Assembly (NCBI GenBank): GCA_965205015.1
Contig: OZ242029.1
Span: forward strand, 3,584,001-3,648,000
Direction of reading: 5' to 3'
From: Candidatus Poribacteria bacterium
GTDB taxonomy: Bacteria > Poribacteria > WGA-4E > WGA-3G
Length of the DNA stretch: 64,000 nt
Position 1 is the first letter of the stretch, and each line of letters begins with the position of its first letter. The notes beneath the pieces are model-generated. The model saw only the letters and a list, made by a program, of their open reading frames with translations. It was not told the origin of the DNA and ran no database searches. This document shows positions 21,101 to 30,643 of this stretch, one piece after another. Position numbers and translations under genes: made by a program.

Positions 21101-21291
21101 TTGAGGGTTCCGAGTTTCTGGTATGCCCTGAAGAACGCGTCCTGCGTAATTTCCTCTGCGATGTGAAAATCGCCGATTTTCCGCCACACCAGCGCGTGAA
21201 CCCCTTTCTGATACTTGTTGACGAGAAACCCGAATGCGTCTTGGTCGCCTTGTAGTACCCGTTGAATGAGTTCAGCATCTTTCTGATTCAT
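18151..21291 (-). CDS. ECF sigma factor fused to TM helix and large BNR/Asp-box beta-propeller
   Basis: sigma2 'AEEITQDAF..WLYVIA', sigma4 'LPESER..ISEFLGVSPNTVKSRLSRAR'; TM segment; repeated SxDxGxTW. Confidence 0.9.
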   Translation of the reverse strand: MNQKDAELIQRVLQGDQDAFGFLVNKYQKGVHALVWRKIGDFHIAEEITQDAFFRAYQKLGTLKNHNLFAGWLYVIAARLCADWFQKSSPPEQSLETTDMSEVNQVSYSRYVAENQATEADETRREVVKKLLQKLPESERTVMTLHYLGEMTIKTISEFLGVSPNTVKSRLSRARNRLKKEEHMIQQNLGSFQLPAHLTENIMREISRITPTAPTPNKPIVPWALSAVSAIAIFLLLGVGTQHLSRFQKPYDLNATSERTVELIEAVFVLDSPAKPAARNQVGSSPTPGKNLGAGQQPDARLFAAALADETEISTPKPQWIQTNGPAGGLVNTLFTTTRGDIYAGSYTNLYKISDDGHSWKLVIAGSLTSLNMKDYIIGSTQQMVERDDTLYSAIDAEVLTSTDYGETWTSLGAHPKGQPVGFVITDAVPGAAADVTLNLALIEGVFRSLDAGKSWIPLNDENLAGRKIRAIAAVENTLFAGTDNGLYRRDMDTWKKLTIRPAEMSENQLPIHALAVDEHRLYVAPGSELTNQNQIGMQLRSSMTGNTQWSLYRSTDQGDTWYSIDPRKRQEQEEERQQPGQFGMSFPFPGAEATEIYLPSVKLFTTHGRVVVVDAFGNLFYSMNTGETWTALDVKGGSGYNVPPPVLMMNENTFYKGAPSGVQTTIDGGKTWYDFNTGLVGTPVQTLIAVKGKLYANSTNGFVSSTDRGESWTPLPSEIDAGVIIRAFNETLYVKRGNHMDTPSPICHLSIEDHSLQFIDGMPGFEIVKSHKRDEEINKIMMQAFTDKAKQNLEKGVPPNPEDIDFNQLNETMNKVIQEQAAASMMQFIGNFAASGDTYYVEYGKTLYRWQPGMHEWHNTGLVDKGEDPVASLLSGPFDYSADVSTSYDTFSSMGFKIAVSDSTVYVGKREGHLLQSFDEGDTWSDITADIPFSFEKFEAIVFAGPTVYVATDKGVAYSGDGTHWHATTDAEGNPLVVSRLAVEGTTVYGQTDEHVYLLKAGSHIWKRATPELPGSVISFAVDSNTLYVGTANRGVLRFDLDESL

Positions 21292-21320
21292 TAATTAAAG
21301 GTCCCCTTCGGAATCGTAAC

Positions 21321-21371
21321 ATCTTTTAACTTAAGTGACAGGTTTTAGCCATCAGAAGGTTGCATTATTTT
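21321..21371 (-). promoter_or_regulatory. Putative ECF promoter (TGCAACC-N17-GTCAC)
   Basis: Aligns ungapped over 51 bp with 36675-36725 and 36783-36833. Confidence 0.7.
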
Positions 21372-21455
21372 TTAGTAGTTTTCAGTTTTCAGTTTTCAGT
21401 TTTCAGTTAAAAGAGACTTTCGTTAAACGAGAACTGCTTTCTTTAACTGATAATT

Positions 21456-21572
21456 TATAGTAAAGTTTAGAATTAATTAGACACTTTAAAGAGGCGAGGA
21501 TACAATCCTCGCCAGCGGCGGAGAGGATTGTTTCGCTAAGCAACTGTCTACATATTTTTCGACTTTACTATA
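21456..21572. mobile_element. MITE with TATAGTA...TACTATA ends and an internal hairpin
   Basis: Imperfect ~28-bp TIRs; related copies at 45105, 47662 and 50073. Confidence 0.7.
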
Positions 21573-21630
21573 ATTGATAACTGACAGGATTTTCGGAGAA
21601 AAACCGAACCGGAAGTTGTTTAATTTGGGG

Positions 21631-22884
21631 TTATTCCGTTCTTAGTGCCTCAATTGGGGAGATGTGCGAGGCGCGGATCGCAGGATAGAGTCCGAAAACG
21701 ATACCGATGCAAGCGGAGATGCTAACGGAGACTGTCATCCAGTGCAGGGAGATGACGACGGGCCAGTGAGGAATTACCTTAACGACTTTGACAGCGATAT
21801 GTGAACAAAGGTAGCCTGTGCCGATGCCGAGAAGAATCCCCAACAAGCCACCGATACCGCACATCACGATCGCCTCAATCAAAAACTGCAAGAAAATGTC
21901 GCGCCCCTTCGCGCCAATTGCGCGACGGATTCCGATCTCACGGGTGCGTTGGTTGACTGAAACCAGCATCATGTTCATAATTCCGACACTTCCGACAAAC
22001 AGTGAAAATCCGGCGATACTGCTCAGCATGATTTTGATGATTCGACTGATTTTATCGAGTTCTTTGACAGCGGCACTTGCAAAACTAATATCGAAAAAAT
22101 CGTCTTGATTCCGATGCCTTTTTCTTAAAACGGCTTTCACTTCTTCAGCGGCTTTCTCGATGGAATCCGCATCCACCGCCCTGACGTTGAGATAATTGAC
22201 ATAGTGTGTCCCTTTAAATCTGTCTTGTGCGGTTGTCAACGGTATGTACACGATGTCGTCCCAACTAAATCCGTATTGGAGGCTTGTGCCGCGTTCTGCC
22301 ATGACACCTAAGATACGGAAACGGTCGGGTCTTCCACCTTGAAGCGACAGCTTAATTTCTTTGCCGATCGGATTCTGGTCTCCAAAGAGTTCTGTTGTGA
22401 CTTCTAAGCCAAGCACACAGACCTTTCTACGGTTATTGAAATCATCATCGGAGAAAAAGCGCCCCTGTTGAATCTTCCACTCCATCCCAATTGGGAAGTA
22501 TGAATTGACACCCTCACATTCCGTCCATTTTGTCGCCCCGGCTTCTGCTTGCGCAAGCACCGCAGAAGAAACGATGGGTATTACGGATTCAACGGACGGG
22601 CATTCGGCTTCAATCGCTAAAACGTCTTCATACCTCAATTGCTCACTACTACGATTTGGAAACACGCGATCCCCGCGCCAGATCCATGGATTTCGCCGAA
22701 CGGTAAAATGAGCACCAAACTTTTCGAACTCTTGCGTGACGATGTGCTTCGCCCCTTCGCCAACAGCGAGCATTGCAAGGACAGCGGCAACACCGATAAC
22801 GATACCCAGCATTGTGAGTGCCGAACGCATTTTTTCTTGCAAAATGGCAGAGAGTCCCGTCGAGATGCCTTCGTAAAGTTTCAT
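21631..22884 (-). CDS. MacB/FtsX-type ABC transporter permease
   Basis: 'RSALTMLGIVIGV', 'GIMNMMLVSVNQRTREIGIRRAIGA', 'GLYPA..PIEALR'. Confidence 0.92.
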   Translation of the reverse strand: MKLYEGISTGLSAILQEKMRSALTMLGIVIGVAAVLAMLAVGEGAKHIVTQEFEKFGAHFTVRRNPWIWRGDRVFPNRSSEQLRYEDVLAIEAECPSVESVIPIVSSAVLAQAEAGATKWTECEGVNSYFPIGMEWKIQQGRFFSDDDFNNRRKVCVLGLEVTTELFGDQNPIGKEIKLSLQGGRPDRFRILGVMAERGTSLQYGFSWDDIVYIPLTTAQDRFKGTHYVNYLNVRAVDADSIEKAAEEVKAVLRKRHRNQDDFFDISFASAAVKELDKISRIIKIMLSSIAGFSLFVGSVGIMNMMLVSVNQRTREIGIRRAIGAKGRDIFLQFLIEAIVMCGIGGLLGILLGIGTGYLCSHIAVKVVKVIPHWPVVISLHWMTVSVSISACIGIVFGLYPAIRASHISPIEALRTE

Positions 22885-22895
22885 GTCTCCATACC

Positions 22896-24695
22896 TCAAA
22901 CGTACCATTGCGCTTGCGCTTTGAAGAACTGGGCATAAAGTCCATCTTCTGCAAGTAACGTCTCGTGGTCACCGTCCTCGACAATGCTTCCGTTGTCAAG
23001 GACGAGAATCCGGTCGCAGGTGCGGACAGAAGAGAGCCGGTGTGAGATGAGCACAGAGGTGCGCCCGACACTCCGTTCAATAAATCGTTCGTAGACGGCT
23101 TGTTCAGCGAGCGGATCGAGTGCAGCGGTGGGTTCATCGAGGACAACGAGCCATGGGGTTTCCCGCATGAAACTCCGGGCTGTTGCGAGTCGTTGCCATT
23201 CACCACCGGAAAGATCGCGTCCACCGAAGGTGGGACCGAGGACGGTCTCGTAACCCTCTGTGAGTCCATCAACCACCGAAACTGCGCCACCGGCGATAGA
23301 TGCCGTTTCCATGCGTTCTGGATGTTCCAAGTCGCCGAAGGTAATGTTCTCGCGTGCGGTAAGATGGTACTGCGTAAAGTCCTGAAACACGGCACTGCAG
23401 TGTGTTAGCCACGCTCGACGATTCTCTTCGGTTAGTGGTATCTCTCCGACGCGAATGCTGCCGGTGTGTGGACGGTAGAGTCCCAATAACACACGTGCCA
23501 ATGTGGTTTTCCCCGCGCCATTGGGCCCAACGATTGCGACCCGTTCGCCTTTTTTGAATGTGAGTGTTACATCCGTTAACGCTGGTTCTTGCGAATTTGG
23601 ATAAAAATATGAGAGGTCTTCCACCGCAATATCTTGAACCCCATCGTTTCCGTCGAATTCATTTATTTCTGTATCCGCTGTGTCAGAATCTCGAGTATCG
23701 GACTGGCTGTCAAGGAACCGATACAGGTCCCCGAACAGTGGACGCATCTCTTCAACGATCGCTTGGAATTGAAAGGCGACAGCATCCCAGATACCGTCTA
23801 ATTGGACCAAGGCGGCGGCAGCGGCGATATAGGTGCCGACGGTCAACTCGCCACGAAAGACCTCTAACAACAAAAGGATAAGCGAACCGGCGTATAACAA
23901 CCCGCGTGTGGTATCGAGGGCGAGACAGACTGAGAATTTCCGCCGTCGTATGCCCATTTGTCCGTCTATGAGCGATTTGCCCAACCGATACCAGTGTTCT
24001 ATCCATGCGTTTTGGGTTTGGTATAACCGAACCTCTTTGCCAGCCCCGCGATCCGTCAGGATCCCTTCCAATGCATCCTGTTCGCGCCGTTGAGGGGTCT
24101 GCGCCACGTCAAAACCGTAAAGATCCGCCGAAAAACGCGTGTCGCTCCACCAAGATGCGATGCCCGTCAATGCGGGTAGTAATGCCAACAGTGGATGATA
24201 CTGCCAAAGGACGATCCCGAGTGTAACAACGCTGATGAGTTGTTGAAGACTGTCAACGAGATGCCAGAGGATATTCTGGAGCGCGAGTCCGGAGACGGCG
24301 CGTGCCCGTTCCAGTGAATCTTGAAATTCTGCAGTCTGTATATCGATGAGTTCTGTTGTATCGACTTTCCGGGCAATACCATCGTTAATCCAGATTTCAA
24401 TGTTTTCACCTAAGTGGGTATACAGCGGTTCGCGCAGTAGATCGGCACCCGTGCTAAGAATACGTAAACCGAGCAATCCGATGAGCCACGGTAAAACCGT
24501 CTGCCACCAATTTGCGTCGCCGATCGCATCGGTGATTGCATTGACCAAGCGTTCTGTCACGAAAAACTGGCAGGCAGGCACAATACCCGGTAATAAGGTG
24601 AGCAGGAACATGCCCAAGACTGCAAGCCAACCGCTCTGCCAAATAACAACCAAAGTTCGGGCATAAGCAATGAAACTTTCCTTTAGCGTTTGCAT
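22896..24695 (-). CDS. ABC exporter, fused TMD + ATPase
   Basis: GPNGAGKTT, LSGGEWQR, LDEPT, SHR. Confidence 0.92.
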   Translation of the reverse strand: MQTLKESFIAYARTLVVIWQSGWLAVLGMFLLTLLPGIVPACQFFVTERLVNAITDAIGDANWWQTVLPWLIGLLGLRILSTGADLLREPLYTHLGENIEIWINDGIARKVDTTELIDIQTAEFQDSLERARAVSGLALQNILWHLVDSLQQLISVVTLGIVLWQYHPLLALLPALTGIASWWSDTRFSADLYGFDVAQTPQRREQDALEGILTDRGAGKEVRLYQTQNAWIEHWYRLGKSLIDGQMGIRRRKFSVCLALDTTRGLLYAGSLILLLLEVFRGELTVGTYIAAAAALVQLDGIWDAVAFQFQAIVEEMRPLFGDLYRFLDSQSDTRDSDTADTEINEFDGNDGVQDIAVEDLSYFYPNSQEPALTDVTLTFKKGERVAIVGPNGAGKTTLARVLLGLYRPHTGSIRVGEIPLTEENRRAWLTHCSAVFQDFTQYHLTARENITFGDLEHPERMETASIAGGAVSVVDGLTEGYETVLGPTFGGRDLSGGEWQRLATARSFMRETPWLVVLDEPTAALDPLAEQAVYERFIERSVGRTSVLISHRLSSVRTCDRILVLDNGSIVEDGDHETLLAEDGLYAQFFKAQAQWYV

Positions 24696-24860
24696 TTTTT
24701 AATTTTTCCTTGCGATTCGATCCAGTCGCATTGGCATTTACCATCCACCTCTGTAGAGCCGTTCTCCATTTCATTCCGAACTCGGTTTTTGGAACTGTCC
24801 TGATTAATTTTTCCTTGCGGTTCGGTGGCGGTAGACGGTTTCCATTCTTGTGAGTAGTTT

Positions 24861-26702
24861 CTACTGATACCAGCGTGCCTGTGCTCTGAAGAATTGGGCG
24901 TAACGTCCATTGTTCGCGAGGAGTGCGTCATGTGTGCCATCTTCAACGATACGACCGGCGTCTAATACCAAAATACGGTCTGCGAGACGGGCGGATCCGA
25001 TCCGGTGTGAGATCAGGAACGTCATCCGTCCGGATGCGAGTTCAACAAACTGTTGGTAAAGTTCGACTTCGGCTTGTGGGTCTAAGGCGGCGGTCGGTTC
25101 ATCGAGGACGAGGACTTGTGGGTTTCGGACCAAAGCCCGTGCGAGTGCGACCTTTTGCCATTCTCCGCCAGATAACTCGACACCTTCACCCTCTTCACCA
25201 AGCGACGGATCGAGAAATGTATCCAAGCCGCGGGGAAGGGTTTGGAAACGCTCTTGAAGTCCGACGGCATTGATAACGTCCCAGAGCGTTTCGTCATTAA
25301 TTTCGTAGTTTGATGGACCTGGCACCAATTCCTCGCGCACCGGTCGACGGAACCGCGCAAAATCCTGAAAGACGGCGGCACAGTTAAGTGCGATCTGTTC
25401 GGGTTCAATTGACTTCACGTTCATGCCGTCATAGCGGATCGTTCCATCACCAGGTTGATAGAGACCGAGCAGCAATTTTATGAGGGTTGACTTTCCTGCA
25501 CCGTTGACGCCGACGATACTGATGACCTCCCCGGGACGCACATGAAAGTTTATGTCTTGTAGCACGTCCTCGGTTGCCTCTGGGTACCGGAAGCGGAGGT
25601 TTCGGACCTCTAATCCCTCTTGTAGGGGTTGTGGAAATCGTTGTGTCCCAGCTTGACTCTGATCCCTTTTGGCCCGTTCTAAGAAAAAGTGTAAATCTTG
25701 AAGCAACGGTAGATCTTCAAAGACATCTTGTATAGCACTCAGCAGACTCTCAAGATTCGCCTGAAAAGTCCCTGCTGCACCGATGAGAACGACATAATCT
25801 CCAAGCGTGAGTTCGTCATTTACGATCCGCTCCGCAAGTATGAAAATAGCGACTGCATAGGCAAGCACTTCAGCGAGCGTCGTGCCGATAGAGCCTTTTG
25901 CTTGGAGCCAGACTTTCGCAAGCGACTCTTCCCGCCACTTTTGATGGTTCGTTCGCCAGCGTCCAAAAATCGGCTTGAAAAGACCATAGAGTCGGACCTC
26001 CTGTCCGGACGATGAACCGAGCAATAAGCTGAGCATATACGCCATCATACGACGGACGGGTGTGGCATCATAATCGTGGATGTATCCGCTTTGGGCAGTC
26101 TTAATTTTCAGCCACGCCGACGGGAGTGCGGGTAAGACGACCACAAGTACAAGCAGCGGATCTGCGATCCAGAGGAGGACCCCGTATCCGACGAGGGTTA
26201 CGCAGAGTTGTCCGATCTCGGTTAGAAATCTTAGGAGATTGGTGAGTCGATGATCCAGTGCCTGGCGTGCCCGTTGTATCAAATCGTAGATCTGCGGTTG
26301 ATCGAAAACGTCAAAATCGATGTGCGTCGCGGCTTCAATCAAAGCGCGCTGCTGGTGCAGTCTAATGAAGTTCTGCATCTTCCATCGCAAGTAGTTATCA
26401 TACGTGCCTGTTACATTTCTGAGAATCGCCAGAAGGACCAATGCAATCACCCAAGGTGCGGCGGTCTGTAGGTCGGCTTCTGCTTCGTCGGCGAGAATCG
26501 CGGCGATGAGGTTCACGAGCCCTCGACTCGCCCACAGGATTCCGACAGGGATACCCCCGTATATGAGCGTGATGAATGCCTGTGCGATGGCACCGAACGG
26601 GCTGACGTGCCACGCGACGAAGCAGAAGCGGCGGAGCGTCTTTAGTGCCGATGGACGCGATGCTGATTCTGTGTTGGGAATGTGAGAGTTATCTGGACCC
26701 AT
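24861..26702 (-). CDS. ABC exporter, fused TMD + ATPase (likely heterodimer partner)
   Basis: GVNGAGKST, LSGGEWQK, LDEPT, SHR. Confidence 0.92.
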   Translation of the reverse strand: MGPDNSHIPNTESASRPSALKTLRRFCFVAWHVSPFGAIAQAFITLIYGGIPVGILWASRGLVNLIAAILADEAEADLQTAAPWVIALVLLAILRNVTGTYDNYLRWKMQNFIRLHQQRALIEAATHIDFDVFDQPQIYDLIQRARQALDHRLTNLLRFLTEIGQLCVTLVGYGVLLWIADPLLVLVVVLPALPSAWLKIKTAQSGYIHDYDATPVRRMMAYMLSLLLGSSSGQEVRLYGLFKPIFGRWRTNHQKWREESLAKVWLQAKGSIGTTLAEVLAYAVAIFILAERIVNDELTLGDYVVLIGAAGTFQANLESLLSAIQDVFEDLPLLQDLHFFLERAKRDQSQAGTQRFPQPLQEGLEVRNLRFRYPEATEDVLQDINFHVRPGEVISIVGVNGAGKSTLIKLLLGLYQPGDGTIRYDGMNVKSIEPEQIALNCAAVFQDFARFRRPVREELVPGPSNYEINDETLWDVINAVGLQERFQTLPRGLDTFLDPSLGEEGEGVELSGGEWQKVALARALVRNPQVLVLDEPTAALDPQAEVELYQQFVELASGRMTFLISHRIGSARLADRILVLDAGRIVEDGTHDALLANNGRYAQFFRAQARWYQ

Positions 26703-27264
26703 CTACGTTTTTTCCTTCGCTCTCATCCTCAGGCACTTGTATGAGGCGTAGGTTGCCGTCTAAAGCCTCGGCTCTTATTGTTCCCGTCAAGTTGTCAATG
26801 TGAATATCTCCAGAGGCGGCAGTTTTGAGCGTGATATTATACCGTCTCGGCACTGTCACGCGAACGTCAACCCTAAACCAATTCAATCCCTCTTGCCAAT
26901 GTTCTCGTCCCCGCTTAAACTTTCCCTCAACTCGAATATCTGATTGGGTATCTGAAGGTTCATCTTTAGTTGTGATCTCAAAATCTCCGGGCAATTCACG
27001 AATCCATTTGACAAACCCTGGTCGCAGTGCCCGAAAGTTTGCTTTCCATGCCTTTGTATAGGCGATGTCGATATGATCCTCGTCTGTGGTGTCTATATTA
27101 ATCACACCAAATTCCAGATCAACTGTTAAATGTCCAGTAGGATTAACGGTGAAACCTGAGCTATTCCTGTGTGAGTTTTCGATTTCTCCGATGAATAGGA
27201 CAAAGATCACCACTAATAGGAGAGGAAATACGAAAAAAGCGACTAATCGCTTAGATTTTGTCAT
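26689..27264 (-). CDS. Membrane-anchored DUF4097/adhesin-like beta-strand repeat protein (short)
   Basis: N-terminal TM; 'VRVTVPRRYNITLKTAASGDIHIDNLTGTIRA..GNL'. Confidence 0.6.
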   Translation of the reverse strand: MTKSKRLVAFFVFPLLLVVIFVLFIGEIENSHRNSSGFTVNPTGHLTVDLEFGVINIDTTDEDHIDIAYTKAWKANFRALRPGFVKWIRELPGDFEITTKDEPSDTQSDIRVEGKFKRGREHWQEGLNWFRVDVRVTVPRRYNITLKTAASGDIHIDNLTGTIRAEALDGNLRLIQVPEDESEGKNVDGSR

Positions 27265-27489
27265 CTGCGGTTCCTTCTGTTGGTGTCGGATTCACTAATA
27301 ATGAACTTGTCTCGTAGTGCAAGCGTGTCTAACGTTTTGCTTTGGAAGTATTATAGAGTGTTTGACGTATTTTTCAAGAAAAAAGGCGTTTCCCTCCTCG
27401 AATAACAGGAGTTCAACGCCAAAGATTCTGCTGCAGGGTTGCCGATTTTCAGACGATGGGAGACTTTTGGTGGTGATACATCCATCGCA

Positions 27490-28929
27490 TCAGATATCGG
27501 AACGGAAGAATTTCAAAAACGCTACCGCCGTAAACGCTAAAGCGAAAAAACCGAGTAAGAACACATCCATTGTAGACCGACGCAATGTGTCCGATAAAGA
27601 AGGTTCTGTCAATGTTGGTGGTGGTAGTATTTCGTCTGTTTCGGATTCAGAAGCATTCATCCGAGCCGCTAACTGCATCACCAGTGCCATGGCATCGTCT
27701 GAAATCCCGCTGAAATACGCGTCATCGAGTTGATCATAGTACCGCTCCCCCGTTTGAAAGTAGGTGTCCCTTTTTAGTTTACCGGTTTGCGTTAGGTTTA
27801 TCGCAGAATAGATGAGAGAGGACGTTGGTGCGATCCGAGAGAGCATCTCGCCAACCTGCTCTTGCCGGTCCTTCTCACGCCGATAGTCCCTGTCAATTTT
27901 ATCTACTTGATCCCGGAACTCCAACCGGAACTGCTCGTTAATCGGCTTTCTGAGTTTATCCATTTTTTCTTGGAACGCTGCGTCGTCTGAGCGAATAAAG
28001 ACACCTTCGCGAGCCGCGAAAGCTTCAGTCATTTTTTCCCGAATTTTTTCATCCTTATCTTTACTCAGGTTGTTGTGGACTGCCGCTTTTTCCATATAAA
28101 CCGCCTGTTGTGTCCGGGTGGGTGCGACGAGTTTGGCGACGACAAACGCGCCGCGGGGCGCGATCAGCACCGTAAACACCCAAAACGTGAAAGCGACGAT
28201 CAGCGCAGTCTTGGCGTTATCAAGACACGTTGAGATGACCACGCCTATCGCAAAAAACACCGCAATATAGAGTAATGAGATAAGCGTCAGACCCAACACA
28301 GGCAGCGCAACTTTCAGTTCACCGAGCGGAAAGCCTTGCCAGACGAGCAGGAGTAACCCCAAGAGGAAAGACACTAAAAACGGAACGACGAACACAATGT
28401 ATCCACCGATTAACTTGCTCCACAGAAACACATCTCGGGGCAGGGAATTCGATAGGTTGATCCGAAGGGTTCCCGCCTCCCGTTCTCCTGCCACCGCATC
28501 AAATGTAAACAGAAGTGCGAGGAGACTGAAAACCGTCCCCACGATAAACAGGAAATCCAGATTTCCTAATACATACGCCACAGATGCCTGCGAAACCCCT
28601 GCTGACCCTTGCCGCACGCCGTTCCGCGTCATCCCAAGATAGGTCGGTAGTGCCTCCTCTAAACCGTTTGCGAAGACGCTTAGCGGCGTGGGCTTGAGGA
28701 AGAATTTAGAAACTTCTGTGTTTGGGTCTGGGGTGTTCGGTGGATTTTCTTTCGCTTCTGTCCGTTCGCGTTTCAGGGACTCTTGATAATCTGTTAAGTT
28801 CTGGCTATACCTCCGATAATTGATCGAAAGGGTGAGTGGAACGAGTAAAAGGCACATTAACAGAAGTGCCACAAACCGGACGCTCAAAATGTGGTGCATC
28901 ATCTCTTTTTGAATTAATGTCATTAGCAT
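27490..28929 (-). CDS. ABC-2 type permease, copy 3
   Basis: 'LIQKE', 'FDAVAGEREAGTLR..LSN..R..K', multiple TMs. Confidence 0.88.
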   Translation of the reverse strand: MLMTLIQKEMMHHILSVRFVALLLMCLLLVPLTLSINYRRYSQNLTDYQESLKRERTEAKENPPNTPDPNTEVSKFFLKPTPLSVFANGLEEALPTYLGMTRNGVRQGSAGVSQASVAYVLGNLDFLFIVGTVFSLLALLFTFDAVAGEREAGTLRINLSNSLPRDVFLWSKLIGGYIVFVVPFLVSFLLGLLLLVWQGFPLGELKVALPVLGLTLISLLYIAVFFAIGVVISTCLDNAKTALIVAFTFWVFTVLIAPRGAFVVAKLVAPTRTQQAVYMEKAAVHNNLSKDKDEKIREKMTEAFAAREGVFIRSDDAAFQEKMDKLRKPINEQFRLEFRDQVDKIDRDYRREKDRQEQVGEMLSRIAPTSSLIYSAINLTQTGKLKRDTYFQTGERYYDQLDDAYFSGISDDAMALVMQLAARMNASESETDEILPPPTLTEPSLSDTLRRSTMDVFLLGFFALAFTAVAFLKFFRSDI

Positions 28930-28986
28930 CGTAATTTCTCCTCTGTTTTTTTATTTGTTAACCGTTTGATCTTTTTGTAGATTCCG

Positions 28987-29079
28987 CAGGACTTGCGGGT
29001 TTTTCCATGATAACGGGTGTCCTACGCACTGCAGGCGGGGTTTGAAACCCCGCCTGCAAAGGAGGCTGCGTAAGTCCTG
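28987..29079. mobile_element. Small MITE with CAGGACTT(G/A)CG inverted ends and an internal GC hairpin
   Basis: caggacttgcg ... cgtaagtcctg; internal tgcaggcggggttt/aaaccccgcctgca. Confidence 0.55.
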
Positions 29080-30504
29080 TTAAATATCGGAACGGAAGAA
29101 CTTCAGGAACGCCACCGCCGTAAACGCTAAGGCGAAAAAGCCGAGTAAGAGGACATCCACTGCAGAGCGACGCAGCGTGTCCGACAAACCGGATTCCGTC
29201 AGGGATGGAGGCGGTGGGATTTCTTCTGATCCAGAAAGATTATTTGCCTGTCGATCCAATAGTTCTATGACCTGTGCCATTGCGTCGTCTGAGATTTCAC
29301 TGAAATATGAATCATCAAGTTGCTGGTAGTATCTCTCACCCGTTTGAAAGTAGAGGTCCCTTTTTAGTTTACCCGTTTGCGTTAAGTTTATCACAGAATA
29401 GATGAGAGAGGACGTTGGCACGAGCCGAGAGAACATTTCTCCAATGTGCTCTTGACGATCCTTTTCGCGTTGGTAGCCCTTGTCAATCTTGTTTGCCTGA
29501 TTCTGGAATTTGAGTCGAAATTCCTCGTTAATCGGTTTCCTAAGGTCGTCCAATTTCTTTCGCACCTCTGGTGTTGTCCCAAAACTCGTCCCCAGCGTTT
29601 CAACCATTTTTTTATTCACTATCTCTTGTTTCTCTTTCGTCAGGTTATTGCGAATTGTTGTTTTTTCCATATAAACCGCCTGCTGCGTTCGTGTGGGTGA
29701 GACGAGTTTCGCGACAGTAAACGCCCCTCGTGGTGCGATGAGCACCGCAAACACCCAAAATGTAAAAGCGACGATCAGCGCAGTCTTAGCGTTGTCGAGA
29801 TACGTTGAAATGACGACACCTATCGCAAAAAATACCGCAATATAGAGGAGCGAGACAAGTGTCAGACCGAACACTGGCAGAGCGATCTTCAGCTCACCGA
29901 GTGGAAAGCCTTGCCAGACGAGCAGGAGTAACCCCAAGAGGAAAGAGACTAAAAACGGAAGAACGAACACAATGTATCCACCGATTAGTTTGCTCCACAA
30001 AAACACATCTCGAGGAACGGGATTTGACAGGTTTATCCGAAGGGTGCCTGCTTCTCTCTCTCCTGCCACCGCATCAAATGTGAACAGAAGTGCGAGGAGA
30101 CTGAAAACCGTCCCCACAATAAACAGGAAATCCAGATTTCCTAATACATACGCGAGCGGTGCTTGCGCAAGTGCGGGTGAGCCCGTCCGAATGCCATTCC
30201 GCGTCATTCCCAGATGGGTCGGTAGTACTTCCTCTAAACCGTTTGCGAAGACGCTCAGCGGCGTGGGTTTGAGAAAAAGTTTGGAAACTTCTATGTTTGG
30301 GTTTTGGGCGTTCGGTGGATTTTCCTTTGTTTCTGTCCGTTCGCGTTTTAGGGACTCTTGATAATCTGTTAAGTTCTGGCTATACCTCCGATAATTGATC
30401 GAAAGGGTGAGTGGAACGAGTAAAAGGCACATTAGCAGAAGTGCCACAAACCGAACACTCAAAATGTGATGCATCATCTCTTTCTGAATCAATGTCATTA
30501 GCAT
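29080..30504 (-). CDS. ABC-2 type permease, copy 2
   Basis: Paralogue of the neighbouring genes. Confidence 0.88.
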   Translation of the reverse strand: MLMTLIQKEMMHHILSVRFVALLLMCLLLVPLTLSINYRRYSQNLTDYQESLKRERTETKENPPNAQNPNIEVSKLFLKPTPLSVFANGLEEVLPTHLGMTRNGIRTGSPALAQAPLAYVLGNLDFLFIVGTVFSLLALLFTFDAVAGEREAGTLRINLSNPVPRDVFLWSKLIGGYIVFVLPFLVSFLLGLLLLVWQGFPLGELKIALPVFGLTLVSLLYIAVFFAIGVVISTYLDNAKTALIVAFTFWVFAVLIAPRGAFTVAKLVSPTRTQQAVYMEKTTIRNNLTKEKQEIVNKKMVETLGTSFGTTPEVRKKLDDLRKPINEEFRLKFQNQANKIDKGYQREKDRQEHIGEMFSRLVPTSSLIYSVINLTQTGKLKRDLYFQTGERYYQQLDDSYFSEISDDAMAQVIELLDRQANNLSGSEEIPPPPSLTESGLSDTLRRSAVDVLLLGFFALAFTAVAFLKFFRSDI

Positions 30505-30526
30505 CGTAATTTCTCCTTTTTTATTC

Positions 30527-30637
30527 GTTGTCGGTTATCGGTTATCAGTTATGGGTTAAGGCGTGTGGTGGTTGTAAACGTTTGTAATACTCACACCCCC
30601 TCTTGTCCGAAAACCGAGAACCGAAGACCGATAACCG
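30527..30637. repeat. Heptamer-repeat inverted element
   Basis: (tcggtta)n left arm; (aaccgaN)n right arm. Confidence 0.65.
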
Positions 30638-30643
30638 CTTGCC

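Noticed and set aside
24683-24769. Cys-containing short ORF between ABC exporters as a RiPP precursor
   Set aside because: Weak RBS, overlaps a repeat motif, no modifying enzymes, and the exporters lack a C39 peptidase domain.
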